Notes under the pieces: generated by a model
Databases searched by the model: none
Told to the model about the DNA's origin: nothing
Seen by the model: the letters and a program-made list of their open reading frames with translations, nothing else
Source of the DNA: Halocafeteria seosinensis
Lineage: Eukaryota
Length of the DNA stretch: 64,000 bases
Assembly (NCBI GenBank): GCA_001687465.1
Contig: LVLI01000117.1
Coordinates: 1 to 64,000 of the forward strand
Direction: 5' to 3'
Translations under genes and position numbers: made by a program
Part shown: positions 37,410-49,794 of the stretch, piece by piece
How positions within the stretch are numbered: position 1 is the stretch's first letter
Layout of the letters: each line of letters opens with the position of its first letter

Positions 37410-38612
37410 ATGGAACGACGATCGACTACGTTAATGAATGCAGGTGGTCAAGGATTGCGAACCTGTGGTAGCAATGCCTCCGACAGGTCCAGTGTGGGCA
37501 GCACTAGCAAGGTCTCGGATCACAGTAGCTCGGTGACGGTTTTCGATACCGGACATCGTGAGAACTTCATAGAGTGGGACGAAAACAACAAACCGAGGTA
37601 CACACGCTACGTAAAATCAAAATATGTGAAAACGACACTTTTTACCGAAACGTTTTTCGACCACCAGAGCGGTGATGTAAAGTTGTTCACTGATACGACT
37701 CTTGGTTCCTTAGAGCGCAAAGCTGCGCAGGAAAAGCTCAGTGCTATCCGGGAACAGAAGCGCTTGCAGAAGCGTAGAGAGGTGGTTGAAAAAGTGAGAG
37801 AGCAGCAAGAGCAGTTTCTCCATCGCGAAAAGAGGAAACGACTTCGTGAAAGACGGGAGAAGAGGAAACTTAAGCGTGCTGTGGTTACCGTTCAACGACA
37901 CTTCAGAAAGTACGTACATCGGAAGTGGGAGAATGAACGCGAGCACAACAAAAGACGAGCGGCTAAAACCGTGATAGTTGATGCTTTTAGACGCACAAAG
38001 AGTAGATCTATTATGAAAGAGCGGTTGGCGCATTATCAGGAGCAGGCGAAACTGTTGCGAGCAGGTATGGAACTGGAGCAAGTCTTCCGCCGATGGATTG
38101 ATCGCAAGAGAGCTCAGGAGCAAGTAGAAAAGCTGCGCCGCGAAAGGGACCAAGAAAGGGAGGAATTTATGGAATCGATAAGACAAGATGCTTCCATTTG
38201 CATTCAGAGGATTTTCCGTGGTTTCTTGGTTCGCAAGTATATGGGCGACATACATGCCGCTAAGCGAATGCCGTATCTCATTGAAGAGACCGATGAAGAC
38301 ACTAACCAGCCGTTCTTCATTACGGAAACCGACAAAGAAGAGTACAGATTGCATGGAGGTGCAAGTAATGAGCATCACTCCAGTGTACCCACAATGTGCG
38401 ACGACCCAGACTTCCGATTGAATCCGAGCAGTAGTACTGCGTCGCAGCATCAACAGGCCCAGTCATCGACAACCACCGGTTCGACCGAGCACGCCATTGA
38501 CTCATCAAGCAGGGGTCCTAACGGTACAGGAAGTGATGTGCCTCACTTGGAACCAAGCATAAGTGGATCGACGTTCCTAAATTACGAAGATTCTGAACAA
38601 AGGGACTCATGA
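37410..38612 (+). CDS. Coiled-coil protein with IQ calmodulin-binding motifs
   Basis: AVVTVQRHFRKY, ASICIQRIFRGFLVRK; charged helical core; 5' end uncertain. Confidence 0.7.
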   Translation: MERRSTTLMNAGGQGLRTCGSNASDRSSVGSTSKVSDHSSSVTVFDTGHRENFIEWDENNKPRYTRYVKSKYVKTTLFTETFFDHQSGDVKLFTDTTLGSLERKAAQEKLSAIREQKRLQKRREVVEKVREQQEQFLHREKRKRLRERREKRKLKRAVVTVQRHFRKYVHRKWENEREHNKRRAAKTVIVDAFRRTKSRSIMKERLAHYQEQAKLLRAGMELEQVFRRWIDRKRAQEQVEKLRRERDQEREEFMESIRQDASICIQRIFRGFLVRKYMGDIHAAKRMPYLIEETDEDTNQPFFITETDKEEYRLHGGASNEHHSSVPTMCDDPDFRLNPSSSTASQHQQAQSSTTTGSTEHAIDSSSRGPNGTGSDVPHLEPSISGSTFLNYEDSEQRDS

Positions 38613-38616
38613 TAAA

Positions 38617-39108
38617 CTACTCCTCCTCTGTTTTTTGGGGAGCACCGTTTTCCTTAAAGACCTGATGAATTTCTGTCCAAGGAGCAGCTGCTTGCTCCAT
38701 AGATTTGCTCTGTAATGTCACATGTCTGCGCTGATGAAATGCTCCGAAACCAATTGAGATAACATCTAAATACGTACCGCTTCCAAAATGTGCCTCATAT
38801 CCTGATTTACCTGGCGAAATGTATAAGCGATGCTCTGTGTGGATGCTGCAATGTCGTCCAGCAGCTCCTCTCGCTGCTCCTCGTAGCTCTTTTCCTGCAT
38901 ACATGTTTCATTCCGGTGGCACATAGAAAATTAACCTTTGGACGACATGCTAAACGTACGTGAGAATCCAGTTCACTCATGGCTTTCTCTCTGTTCAAGC
39001 GTACCAGTCAACCAAGAACACATTGACACGTCAGTCAATATTATTTACTTATTAACAAACTGTGTATCATTTACCGCAGTTAACTTACCGCCCGCTGCCG
39101 AGCATCAT
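38617..39108 (-). CDS. DAD1: DASH/Dam1 complex subunit Dad1-like microprotein (~86 aa), 4 exons, not present as a single ORF in the track
   Basis: Exons 39108-39089, 38990-38960, 38894-38778 and 38709-38617, joined by GT-AG introns of 98, 65 and 68 nt. Product MMLGSGREKAMSELDSHEKSYEEQREELLDDIAASTQSIAYTFRQVNQDMRHILEASKSMEQAAAPWTEIHQVFKENGAPQKTEEE. Confidence 0.65.
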
Positions 39109-39288
39109 GCTGTGATAATTTAAAGCCGTTGTGAAGTTGAGCACACAGCAGCCGTTAACTGTCTATTTTGAAGGCTTTATACAGGGTTGTACAGGCCCCT
39201 CTCGTCCACTAGGGTCTCCTTAATGTGTGAATTGGAGACTGGACTACGCCATCAAGAGTTCACTGCAGTTGAGGAAAGGATTTAAACG

Positions 39289-42200
39289 ATGCCAATCGCA
39301 TCTGGAGCCCCTGGCTCCTATTCCACATCTTCATCCTCCTCTATAGGGCGCTCCAGAGGCGGTGGCGGTGGTCCCAAGTATGTCGCCAGGCCTTTATCCA
39401 AGCGCGATGAAAATACTAAAAGGCCCAAAAAGCGTAAAGGAGGAAAGAAGCATGGAGGTGGAACACTCGTGAAAAGGAGCTACAGAGGCATCGAGGTGGA
39501 AGCTCAGCCACTTCATCCCTCCCGGGAAGTGCCTATTTGGCCCTCTAGATCTTCTGCCAAGAAGTCGTTAGCTTCACTAGATAACAGGGGATTGATTGCG
39601 AAACTGCGCAATGCGCGACAAAGAGAGAATGAGGACTCGCCGGCCAATTTCACTTGCGTTGCCATCAACGCCTGGGGAGACGCCGCGGCAGCCGTTGATA
39701 CACGAGGAATGCTATATGGGGTCATGTTTAGAGAAAATCGGGTGCGAAAGCTCCATGCCTTTGGGTGTGCGGCCTCGAGCATCACGTTTTCACCCACACG
39801 AAGAGGAGAACTATACGTGGGGCTACATGATGGGAGAGCGTGTGTCTATGATATCGTGTTTGAAAAGTTGGTGGCCACATTAAGGACGCACAAACATGAA
39901 GTACATAGCATCAATGTCAATGATGAATGGTTGATGACGAGTGCCGTAGACGGTGCGGCACTGTACGAAACGGATACATTCGTAAGGAAACATTCTCTGG
40001 CGGGAGGGGCTGGTATTGTAGCTACGCACCTTACTCCTCTCTTTGTCTATAAGTCAACACCGGAAGAGGACCCAGTGGTGTTTAGACCAAGAATCGTCTG
40101 CGCATTTCGAGATGGTCATATAGCCGTGTGGGATGGGAAAGATTTTAGTCGTATCGCACAGCTTCATGTACCTCTAGATGAGGGTGATGTCATGTTCTCT
40201 TCTGTTTCTACATCCCCTGAGGGGTCATACTTAATTGCCGGTACTACGTCGAACACATTATTTGTCTGGCGGGTTGATGATGAGGTACGTCCAAGCCTTG
40301 ATGACAGTCCCACGATAAGTTTCGAATCATCTCTTGCTTGTACTGCTTGCAGCGTCTCTTACGCATACTAGATTTCACTGAGAGCTCATCAAAAATTGTT
40401 AAGGTACAATCGTTACATCTTGAACCTGTTACGGACCCGAAGCATATCACATGTTCCGTTCTGGGTGATGATGGTCGATTGCTTATCCTTCAAGTTTCCA
40501 CAACTGATTCCGAGACGGAAGAAGGGGACGAGAACGTCTGTCGAGCAATTGGCGAAATTTCGGTCCCCGCTGCCGCTATAACAAACTTCGAATTTGGGCG
40601 TCATCCTGTTACTCAGCAACCCGGGGCGAAGAAGTTGCAATCAATGTCGATGTTCAGTGTCGAGTGTACCTCTGATGGCCATTTGACTGCTCACGATGTG
40701 AAGGCTGCTCTCAGGATTGCGAAAAAGAGGCGGGAAGCCTATGAACGTCAGCAAGTGGCGACGGATGGAAGACAGTTTGCCGCAAGTCAGAAGACAATGG
40801 ATTTCGCACGAACTTCAGTAGCCACGACAAACGTGCAGAAGGTAACGTCAGTTCCTCAAACTTCGACAGCAGGGACTATGAATACGACTCAGCGAGAAAC
40901 TGAAGAGCAGGGACTGGCCAGTAATGAGGAACATGGTGTTGATACCGATTCCAAGGGGAGCGAAGCAGATCGAGCCGTTGAACAGGCATGGAAGCAAGAC
41001 ACTGAGTATCGTAATATCGAAGCATCAGACGTCGTAGATTCTGCCTTTCCGCGCAGGTATAAGAATGCGTCTGAACAGGCAGACTCCTCGAAACGCGATG
41101 CTGAGCGGCTTGAGTGGTACGACGAGAACGAGAATGCAACCGAAGGAAGCAGTGGTGCGGTGAACAGTGAAACACTAAAAGGAGAGTCCCTGCAGTACCT
41201 ATTATTCAAACTTCGTGTTCTATTACGGATGAAAGGAGCATTTCCTGGCGACAGGCGCAACACCGCTTGGAGCGCACTAATGCGTCTACCTGGTAATAGG
41301 CATGCGTACGAAGCACTAAAAGCCAAAGGAACGCATCCGAAAGTAGAAGGAATTCTGCGAGACTATGCATTGAGAAGTCACCGGTTATCTCAAAAACTGG
41401 AACACGTACTGAGTGCCGTCACTTGGTGGCTCCCTGGCTTGTGTGAACTGCAATGTTTGCCAAGCTTAGCTTTTCCGTTCATAATGCAGTTTGGCTCTGA
41501 TTTGCACATGGCCACAGAGTTCTTGATGAGCTTTTTCCTCAACTTCGGCAGCCATTGGCTAGAGTCCGTGCCATTGCCACCGTTGCCTTTGTTGTCTCAT
41601 GTAGACGTCTTGCTAGAGCACCATGATGCAAACCTTGCCGTGCATCTGGGAAAGCTGGGACTGAGCTCAATTAATTACGCTTGGCCTCTACTCAGATCAG
41701 CGTTTAGTGAGGTACTAAATAGGCAAGAGTGGGCAACTTTGTGGGACCATCTCATTGCGTACTCTGCGGACTCGTCGCTCATACTGCTCTGTGTCGTTGC
41801 TTATTTAATGTATAATCGCCACAGTTTAATGTCAATCAAGCCACAGCGATCGCCACACGGTGATGGTAACGACCTGGACACAGGAGTTGAAAAGGCCAAA
41901 GTAGAAAGCTTTTTGAGACAACAGAATCCTGTTCAGATAGGGACCCTGGTGAAGAAGTTGTTCAAGCTGCGGAGGAGTACACCGCGATACATGCTTCAGG
42001 CCATCCCTGCAGCAACCTCCAGGGGTGGTGAAGCGTCCTCCCAATCCTCTTGGCCGGGTTTAGGACCTGAGCCGATAGGCTACTATTACAGGACTGTTCA
42101 CGAGCCAGAACGGGCTGAGTTTGTGCATCTCACACCAAAAGATAGCCAGCAATTAAATATCGGTAGATCATCGGACATGTTCCAACATCCTCAATTTGGG

Positions 42201-44216
42201 GTATCTCTACCGTATCCCAACCCAGAACTATGCGGACCGCTTGCTGTGCTCCCCAGAAAGGAGGTGTCACTAACGTATTCAGTCCCATCTTCAGGTGGAG
42301 GACCTCTATCGCATGCGCATCCAAAAGTAAACGATGCGGCCATTAACTACCAAAAGGCTGAACGTGACCGTATAACAGAAGAAGAGAAACTCCTCAACGA
42401 GAGAAAGGCTGTCATAGATGAGCTGGAACGGCAGCGCAAAGAAGGGGAGCATCATCGAAAGCTGGCCGAACGAGAACAGGAACTTTTGTCTACCGCGGAG
42501 AAAAACCGGTTGCGGTGGGAAAAGAAGCGCGACAATACTTGGGCCGCGGCGAAGTCCGAATCGGATGCGACATTGCGCGACGCACGTCTGAGGACTATCG
42601 CTCAGAAAGATAAAGACACCTCTAACTTTATCCAAAACCAGCGAAAACAGAAAGAAGAGGGCCAGAAATTGCACCAAGAAACATCGGAGCAAATTCGTAA
42701 TGACATACATGAAAAGGCTGCTTCCCAGTTGGAACAAGAGGCTTTAGAAAACCTGGATAGTGAGGCAGATTTGCGGCGGCTTCGAGCATTGAGAGAATCG
42801 CAGCAAGAGAATGCCACTTTTACAAACCAACGCAACACGCAATACAGACAGAAGGCCGCCGAGTTGGAAACCAAACTGATTGGTGAAGCCTGGCGAACCG
42901 AAGACGAAGAAAGACGTCTTAAACGCCGAGTGAGGGCGGAGGAGGTGGAAAAAGAGACCCACGAAGAAGAAACGCGCAGACAGCAACGCGCCAAAGATGC
43001 GGAACAACTCATGGATCAACTCGAACGGGAGGCGACGCTCTCAGAAGCAGCCCGCGAACGACGGCTGCGCCACGCAGCTGAGGAAGAACAAGACCGAATG
43101 GATTCCAGAAGGCAGTGGGTACAGAGGCACCAGGATTCCCTACAACATGCGGAAACCGCTGGTATGAGAAGGATTCTTGAAGCTGAGAAAGAAGCTAGGC
43201 GTACTGCCGCAGCCCACGCTGAAAAGGTCCAAGAAGAAAGCAATCGTGATCATTGGAATCAATTCGATCACCATCGTACTCGAATGGCTGACATTGAAAG
43301 TTACGAGAACGTTGGCGCCTACGCTGAAGCTGCTCATGCTTCTGCCCGAATGGATACATCGAGAGCACAGCACGAGGTAAACCAAACCACAAGCAACAAA
43401 CTTGGTGCGCAACAAGAACAAGAGCGTGATACACGAATCGAGACTGATGTAGCTACAGACGCTGCAAATCGACGACGCTGGGCTGCAGCTAAGTCAAGAC
43501 TGCGTTCCGGTCTCAGTTCCAAGGATGACGAAGAGTCCGGGCAAACCAAACCTGCTACATCCAGTGGTCCGAAGATATCATCCCCGCCATCTCCCCCGAC
43601 AGCTCCACGCCGACCAAATCGCCCAGGATCGGGAAGCAATCTCGGAAAACATAAGCCATTGAGCAGTGGACCTGGAGGACTCGGCATCGGACGAGTAGTA
43701 GGGGGGAAAAAAGTCGGTTCCCCAGATGGAGAAGCAGCATGGACCGCGGTTTCACAATCGCAACGACAAAGCCCCCAAGAACCCGTCCGCCCATCTAGCG
43801 AGCAGGACTCCTATTCCGACTTCCTAGAGCACGAAAGCACTGATATGGATACGGAGGACACATTTTCTACAGAATCCGACCAGCGAACCCAGACTTTGGC
43901 AGACCTGGAAGTCCGCGTGGGCCCAGCAAGCCGCGTACGGGAGTACTCATCAAGCCAGTGGGGTATGAGTACCAGAGGATATGAAGCAAGTCAGAGCCGT
44001 AGTGCAACGGTTACCACTACGAGTGCTGCAGCTCCGAAAGAAACCGACAGCGATGACCTGGGATCTTCGAATACTGAGAGTACACTGTCAGAGGATAGTG
44101 ACACCGGAATGCGAACTCATCCACGCAGCCAGCAGGAATCCGCTGGATACAAAGTCACATACAATGACTATCGTGAGTCAGCGTCCACGCCATCATTGTC
44201 CGATAGCGATAAATAA
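39289..44216 (+). CDS. TBC1D31: WD40 + TBC + coiled-coil centrosomal protein (TBC1D31/WDR67-like), 2 exons
   Basis: N-terminal WD40 repeats; LR.KGAFP..RR..AW..LM.LPGN..AY..L..KGTHP; AWPLLRSAFSEVL..EW..LWDHL; long coiled coil; intron 40285-40352. Confidence 0.85.
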
Positions 44217-44269
44217 AACCGCATTTATCTTATATCCGAATTTCGACGTAACGCCTAGACTGTGTACTC

Positions 44270-46636
44270 TTATCGGGATGCTCGAGCTTTCCTGGAGAGG
44301 TTGTCGTCTTCTCTGGGGCGCCCTCGTTTTCCCGTAAGCGGTTGAGGTGAAGACGAGAATAACAACGGGAATAGATTCAACCGTCTGGTACTCACTTTGG
44401 ACAAATCCACAACAGATTTGTATGAATCTACAATAGTCTTTCCTTCCGGAACAAGGGACTCTGCACTAGAATTAGTAGCTAAGGGTGTTTCTCGATAATC
44501 TGCCTCGAAACCCTTTCCATTAGACAAGTAGCCATCCGCCATATTGTCCAAATCTGATCTCGTAAGAACAGCTAGCGGAGTCTCAGAGAGGAACGCGGAG
44601 CGCTGATCCTTGTTCACTGGTTTCTCCATCCGCTTTTTTCTCCCCTTCTTTTTCGTGTCTACTGAGGTTGCCCCTCTACGAGCCTTCGGCTCTAGCATTT
44701 GATGAAAGAGTGACTCATAAGAAGCACCTGAGTTTTTGGTTATATCGAACATCCCTCCTTTGAATCCTCTTTCAAAGCAAGCACTTACTCCGCTGATAGA
44801 AGGGCAATAATGTCTCCGTAAAGCTACGAGTTCCCACAGCTCACTTTCCAGAGCGTTAGTTCTGGAAGGATCATCAGTTACAGGATCAAACCCGTCCCTG
44901 CTGACGCTGGTGTTGGAAGAAGTCGAACGCCCTAGTAACGACTTCTGTCGAGGATCTAATTGGCTCTTGTGCACCATATGAGAGCAAGCAGGGTGTCGTT
45001 TAAGCAAATTATAGATGAAAGGAATTGCAAATGTGGAAAAACTTGGTGGGCTGATTAATGCCAGCCGTGCCATCCGCTTTGCAAAGGATGCGACTAGATA
45101 TGCAGGGAGAGTTGCCGCCGACATAAACAGGTTGAGCATCTTGTAAAATCTGACACGGTATTTGGCACGAACATTTTCTGGAGTCAGCAACCGATACAGC
45201 TTCGGGTAAAACTGGGGGTACTCAAAGCCGTGACTTTGTATCAGATACCACAAACCGCTTAATGCAAGAAGGGACGTCGCGTTTCCAACTTCATACGCAT
45301 TCGTTAGGAAGTCAGAGAGGAGCAGTGGATTCGCCATGTTTGGCGCTATGTCAGTCGAGATCACAAGAAGAACTCGGCGGTAAACCCTTTGAGACAGAGG
45401 AAGCGACAGAATTGCAAGCCATGCATTCTCAAATGCCTTCCGTTGCTGATGAAGATCACCAGCCTTTGACGTCCCACTATTGGCGGCACTCGCGGATTTG
45501 CGTTTCGAGTGACCCTTTGCTCTTTCTTTTCGTCTTGAAGTATCGTTCGCTCCTTCGGTACTCAAATAATGAGCAGATTCATAATCTGAACCGTCATCCG
45601 ATGATTCGCTGTCGTTCGCAGCCTCTTCGTTGTTTTGTGACGTACCCTGCGCTGGAGGTACTAGAAAGCTACGAGGGCCCCAAGACTCATTGTCCGGAGG
45701 AAGAGACACTAGGAGTTGTAACTCAGTCAGTGATTCAGAAAGGTCAGAGCCCTCCATTGCTTTCACCGTTTTCCAGTATGGTGTTTGGTTGTCGGCTTCC
45801 TTCTCTCCTGAAAGCTCCCGAGACTTCATCTCAGCTATTCGTTTTACTCCTCGAGAAACTGCTAGACGTATATCATCAAACTCTTCAATATACTCCTCTT
45901 GAAGGATAGAAAACAATGATACTGTGGCATGCCTATGGAACCTGAAGCACAAAGCAACTAGAACTCGGCAAACGAGTTCAAAATTCAGTTCAAACTTGCC
46001 ATAGTTTAAACCAGAGTTCCCAGAAGGAGATTTTCCAGTAAACTCCATGAGCGTTCGCAAACACAATGCTGCAAGTTTCTCGTCCTCTTGAGACAGCAGC
46101 GAGTCCAGAAGTATTTGGAAGTATTTCTCGAGCTGGTCCAACAACCAAGAGTTTGTCTTCCTGCGGGCTTCCGTCAGGGAATTACTGTTTGTCTGAGCAC
46201 CTCCTTTACCAGCCGTATTCCTTTCCATCTGACGCCGTGAAACTATAGTTCCTTCCTCCAAATAATGCAAAAACACCCTCCGTAGAGCATGAACGCATTG
46301 TACGGGAAGTGGCTGGCTGGTTCCACTTCCCAAATTCTGCGACGCATCCCACACAAAAACACCAACAAAGAGAGTGAACGACAACAAAAAGACGTCCTAC
46401 ATGCGCAGATAGAGCATGAAAATGCACTAGAAAAGAGCTCAATAAACAGCAGTGACTCTTACCGAAATATCGACTCGGGGAAGCGCTGAAGCTTCCCGAA
46501 TCAGCTTCAATAAGTCATTGACGTGCTTCAATGACGCCTTGCAGTCATCCTCAATGGATATAATATCATCTTGTGTGAGTTTAGAGCCTTTAGGATGCTG
46601 TGCAGATGCTGTATTATGGCTCCTTTTGGACGGCAT
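44270..46636 (-). CDS. NOC4: Nucleolar complex protein 4 (CBF/Mak21 family)
   Basis: NPLLLSDFLTNAY..G..SLLALSGL, EYPQFYPKLY, LPAYLVASFAKR.ARL, DP..TNALESELWEL..L..HY. Confidence 0.92.
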
Positions 46637-46912
46637 TTTGCTCTTCACATGGGCTATTTTCTCCCTCTACAAGCTCTATTACCGAGTGCCGCGCAGCCAC
46701 CAGCTTCGGGAAACATCAAAACTTTAATTTTGAATAGACACCAGAGCTGGGGACAACTTCACTAGGCCGAAAATAAGCATCAAATGCTGTGGGACAGGCG
46801 GTGGGGACTGTGGAGGCGTGTTGCCCGCCCTGAGTACGGCGGGATTGAGTCAAGTTAACATACAAAGCTGGTTTGACACGTAAACAGTGTTATTGTGGTC
46901 ATACTCAGTTTN

Positions 46913-47760
46913 GCGATAAATTTGCGAGCATGTTTGACTAATTTGTGCTCACTTTTTGCGGAACTATGGAAATCTATATTTTGTGGTCGCCGGTCAGCGG
47001 ACGGTGGGCTTCTTGGCTTCCAAGCCAGCGAGCTCGATGCGAATCGTTAATCCACCCATTTTCGTTTCTTCTTCAACGATGGGAATGCCCGATCTTTGAG
47101 ATAGTCAATGACTTCTTGGGATATGCTGATTTCTTCTTTCTCGCGACCAACATCTTCACGTGAACGTGGTCGACAGTTTGGCCGTCATCAGCTTGCCGAA
47201 GTTCCGCATCTCCCTTGTTTCCCAAGACCTTAGTGGTCTGGAGAAGAAGGATCTAATAGAGCGGACGACGAAGATGTGACTCCCAAGATGTGAGCCAATA
47301 CCATGCGGTCAGGAACCTCACATTTTCTCACATGTCAAGTACGAGTATTCTGTGATTTGCTCGTTGTCCGGGGAAAATCTGATACAGTATATGTAGTATC
47401 CTTCCGAAACGATTTGAGTGGGGTAGCATTAGCTCCTCTTCTGAGATAGAGGGTTACGGGTTGTCCACCTGTGCTGCCAAATTATTTTACACGGGTCTTC
47501 TTCCCCTTTCTGGCGATTCCCTACCTGGGAAAAACATTGAGCAGTTCCGGATAGGGTTTACCTCTTACACGATTACACGCCGTAGTGTAGCCTGTAGCCT
47601 ACTTGTCTTCCGGTAGGAGCAATACAAATTGTACTAATACACACACCAAAAGCTGATTTGCCGTGCGAATGGTGATTTTGTGGTCGCACGGGCATCGCGA
47701 TAATTTGCGATAATACTCGACTAGTTTGTGCTCACAAGTTGTGGAACTACGGAAATGATA
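46913..47760. repeat. Dispersed ~65 bp degenerate direct repeat (46913-46978 and ~47697-47760), starting next to an N base
   Basis: gcgataaatttgcga...gactaatttgtgctcac...gcggaactatggaaat vs gcgataatttgcga...gactagtttgtgctcac...gtggaactacggaaat; attttgtggtcgc also occurs beside both copies. Confidence 0.8.
47047..47523. pseudogene. Scrambled pseudogenic copy of the MUTYH 3' end
   Basis: 47047-47136 is a direct copy of 50342-50431 including the stop codon. 47229-47523 is an inverted copy of ~50445-50698 with two insertions and a 1-nt deletion. Confidence 0.92.
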
Positions 47761-48249
47761 CCCAAGTACCGGTAATATCATGCAGGATATCTATCTTACC
47801 CAGTTCGGCAAAACATGTACAGGTATCCGTCCGTGAGACTTGAGAGAGCCAACTTAGTGAACACTGTGGGATATTTGTTTGCAAAGAAGGTATCATTTTA
47901 TGCGCAGTCACGATTTCAGACTGTTCCTCACGCGCTAGTTTATCCTCGAGAATGCTTTTGTGTGAGCATCGCTTAATCCATATGTGGGATTGCTGCGGCA
48001 TCATGCCAGATTACATGCCTACACCAGTATCAAGATCCTTCTTTGAAGACCACAACGTGTTAACTTTTTTTGCGAGCATGGACGAAACACAACTGCCACG
48101 TCGAATCGTGGTGGGCCTTGACGGATGTAAAACGGTTCCATCAGCAACTCTAACAAGGGATGAATAATTCACACAGTCCCATGTCATGGTTTAAATCGTT
48201 CTATTTGACGACAACGTCAGGAGTCTAGAGAGCTAGCACTGTTTTTGTT

Positions 48250-49668
48250 TTACTTTTTCCCACCATTGTTCTTTTTTTTGTTCTTTTTTTTGTTCCTTTT
48301 CTTTTGCCCTTTCCCCGCTGTTCCACCATCCCCATCGCTTTCTTCCTTCTTCTTGACAGTGGATTCCTGTTCACTTTCTCGGAGCAAGCGGGATAGCTCT
48401 GCACCTGTGATATGTTCCTTGTAGTGGACCTCTGCAAATACCGACGACGCGGGTTGTCCATTAATATACTTGTCCCGGCCGGTATTGTCCTGGAGCACTA
48501 CACGGTTATAGTTGTCCCTTCGATTCTTCGCTGCGTCCAGTCGCAGAAGATTACGATGAGATGTCCAGCAATTGTTCCCCGTAAAATTTAAATACTCTCG
48601 TTCTTGAGCAATGGTATCCATAAAGTTGTCAAAGTCCGTGCGGATGTCATCTGCGCGGCACTTTCCAAGGCCCAAGTTCTTCATCTTGTCTTTCAATTTT
48701 CTGAAACAGTCTGCGTGTACAACAGAATCCACCAGTAGAGATTTCTCTAATTTGACAATATCTGAGTAGTAAAGCCGCTCCAATCCCGATTTGTCCGGAA
48801 ACTCAATGCGAAATGGCGTTTTTCCTTTTTCGAATTCCGTAAACAACTGAAGGGCATCCTGATAAATTTTCGTTTTCTTTCCAGAGCATTCCTCCTGAGT
48901 TCCCATCGCTCCCTCGCGCTTGGCCGCATCTTCCGCAATGAGAGCTTGACGAAGTTGCTCCAATTCAGCGAGAGGCTGTAGCGTGTGAACTTCCACTTCT
49001 GTTCCACATGTTTTACGCGCATATAGCACGCCGCATACATTGAACTTCCACGACACTCCCTTACCTACTGCTTCCACCCAGCATTCTATAACAGGAGCTC
49101 CGGAATCCCCTGGTTCCGGCGGAGTATTACCAGGAGCAACTCTGTAGACTTGATGTACCCGATGACTTAGCCATACAACTTTCCCATACCGGTTGATGAA
49201 AAAGGTTAAGGATTGAGTCTTGTAATCCCGGTGACTAAAATCAATAGCAGGCAAGCCAGAAGGTTTTGCTTCTACGGGGGTGAGGGTGCATTGAATCACC
49301 ACTGCGTCGGGGCAGGTTTCCAGCTTTTCATACGGGCGATAAAACCCGCGTATATAGTTAAAGGATACGGTTGTCGTGTCTTCCAGTTTTTTTAGTTCAA
49401 GATTTTCTCCAAAGAACGGACAAGGGACAACGTGTGCATTCGAAATCAGATACGTTTCAAACTGGAAATACCCCAGTCCTTGTCTGTTGTTTGGCGTAGT
49501 AACCAGCACCATGTTATTCTTTACTTCATTCACGACGTCTTCTTCAAAACCTTCCAATGCCGTAAACTTCTTTTCGGCGTTCTCTTTCCACTGCTTCTCA
49601 TGGCGTTCCTGCTGAATACGCAGCCGCTTTTCTGTTTCCTCTCTGTCAGTCTGAGTCTCAGCGGCCAT
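48250..49668 (-). CDS. Intronless trypsin-like (PA clan) serine protease with unknown C-terminal domain and Lys-rich tail
   Basis: Catalytic-triad motifs ISNAHVV (His), PDAVVI (Asp), PGDSGAPV (Ser), then VCGVLY; no signal peptide. Confidence 0.8.
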   Translation of the reverse strand: MAAETQTDREETEKRLRIQQERHEKQWKENAEKKFTALEGFEEDVVNEVKNNMVLVTTPNNRQGLGYFQFETYLISNAHVVPCPFFGENLELKKLEDTTTVSFNYIRGFYRPYEKLETCPDAVVIQCTLTPVEAKPSGLPAIDFSHRDYKTQSLTFFINRYGKVVWLSHRVHQVYRVAPGNTPPEPGDSGAPVIECWVEAVGKGVSWKFNVCGVLYARKTCGTEVEVHTLQPLAELEQLRQALIAEDAAKREGAMGTQEECSGKKTKIYQDALQLFTEFEKGKTPFRIEFPDKSGLERLYYSDIVKLEKSLLVDSVVHADCFRKLKDKMKNLGLGKCRADDIRTDFDNFMDTIAQEREYLNFTGNNCWTSHRNLLRLDAAKNRRDNYNRVVLQDNTGRDKYINGQPASSVFAEVHYKEHITGAELSRLLRESEQESTVKKKEESDGDGGTAGKGQKKRNKKKNKKKNNGGKK

Positions 49669-49794
49669 ACTTTCAGTCTATGATATGCCTCTTCTGGGTC
49701 CAAATACTGTAAAGGGAGCAAGAATGGCAGTATTATGCACAAAGAGTCTTATACTGAAAAGTCAAAACGCCACTCAGTAAATAATATCAAGCCT

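Noticed and set aside
37710..38453. Long antisense ORFs, e.g. 247 aa here, 45262-45909 and 23778-24281
   Set aside because: Shadows of real genes on the opposite strand, with no recognisable motifs.
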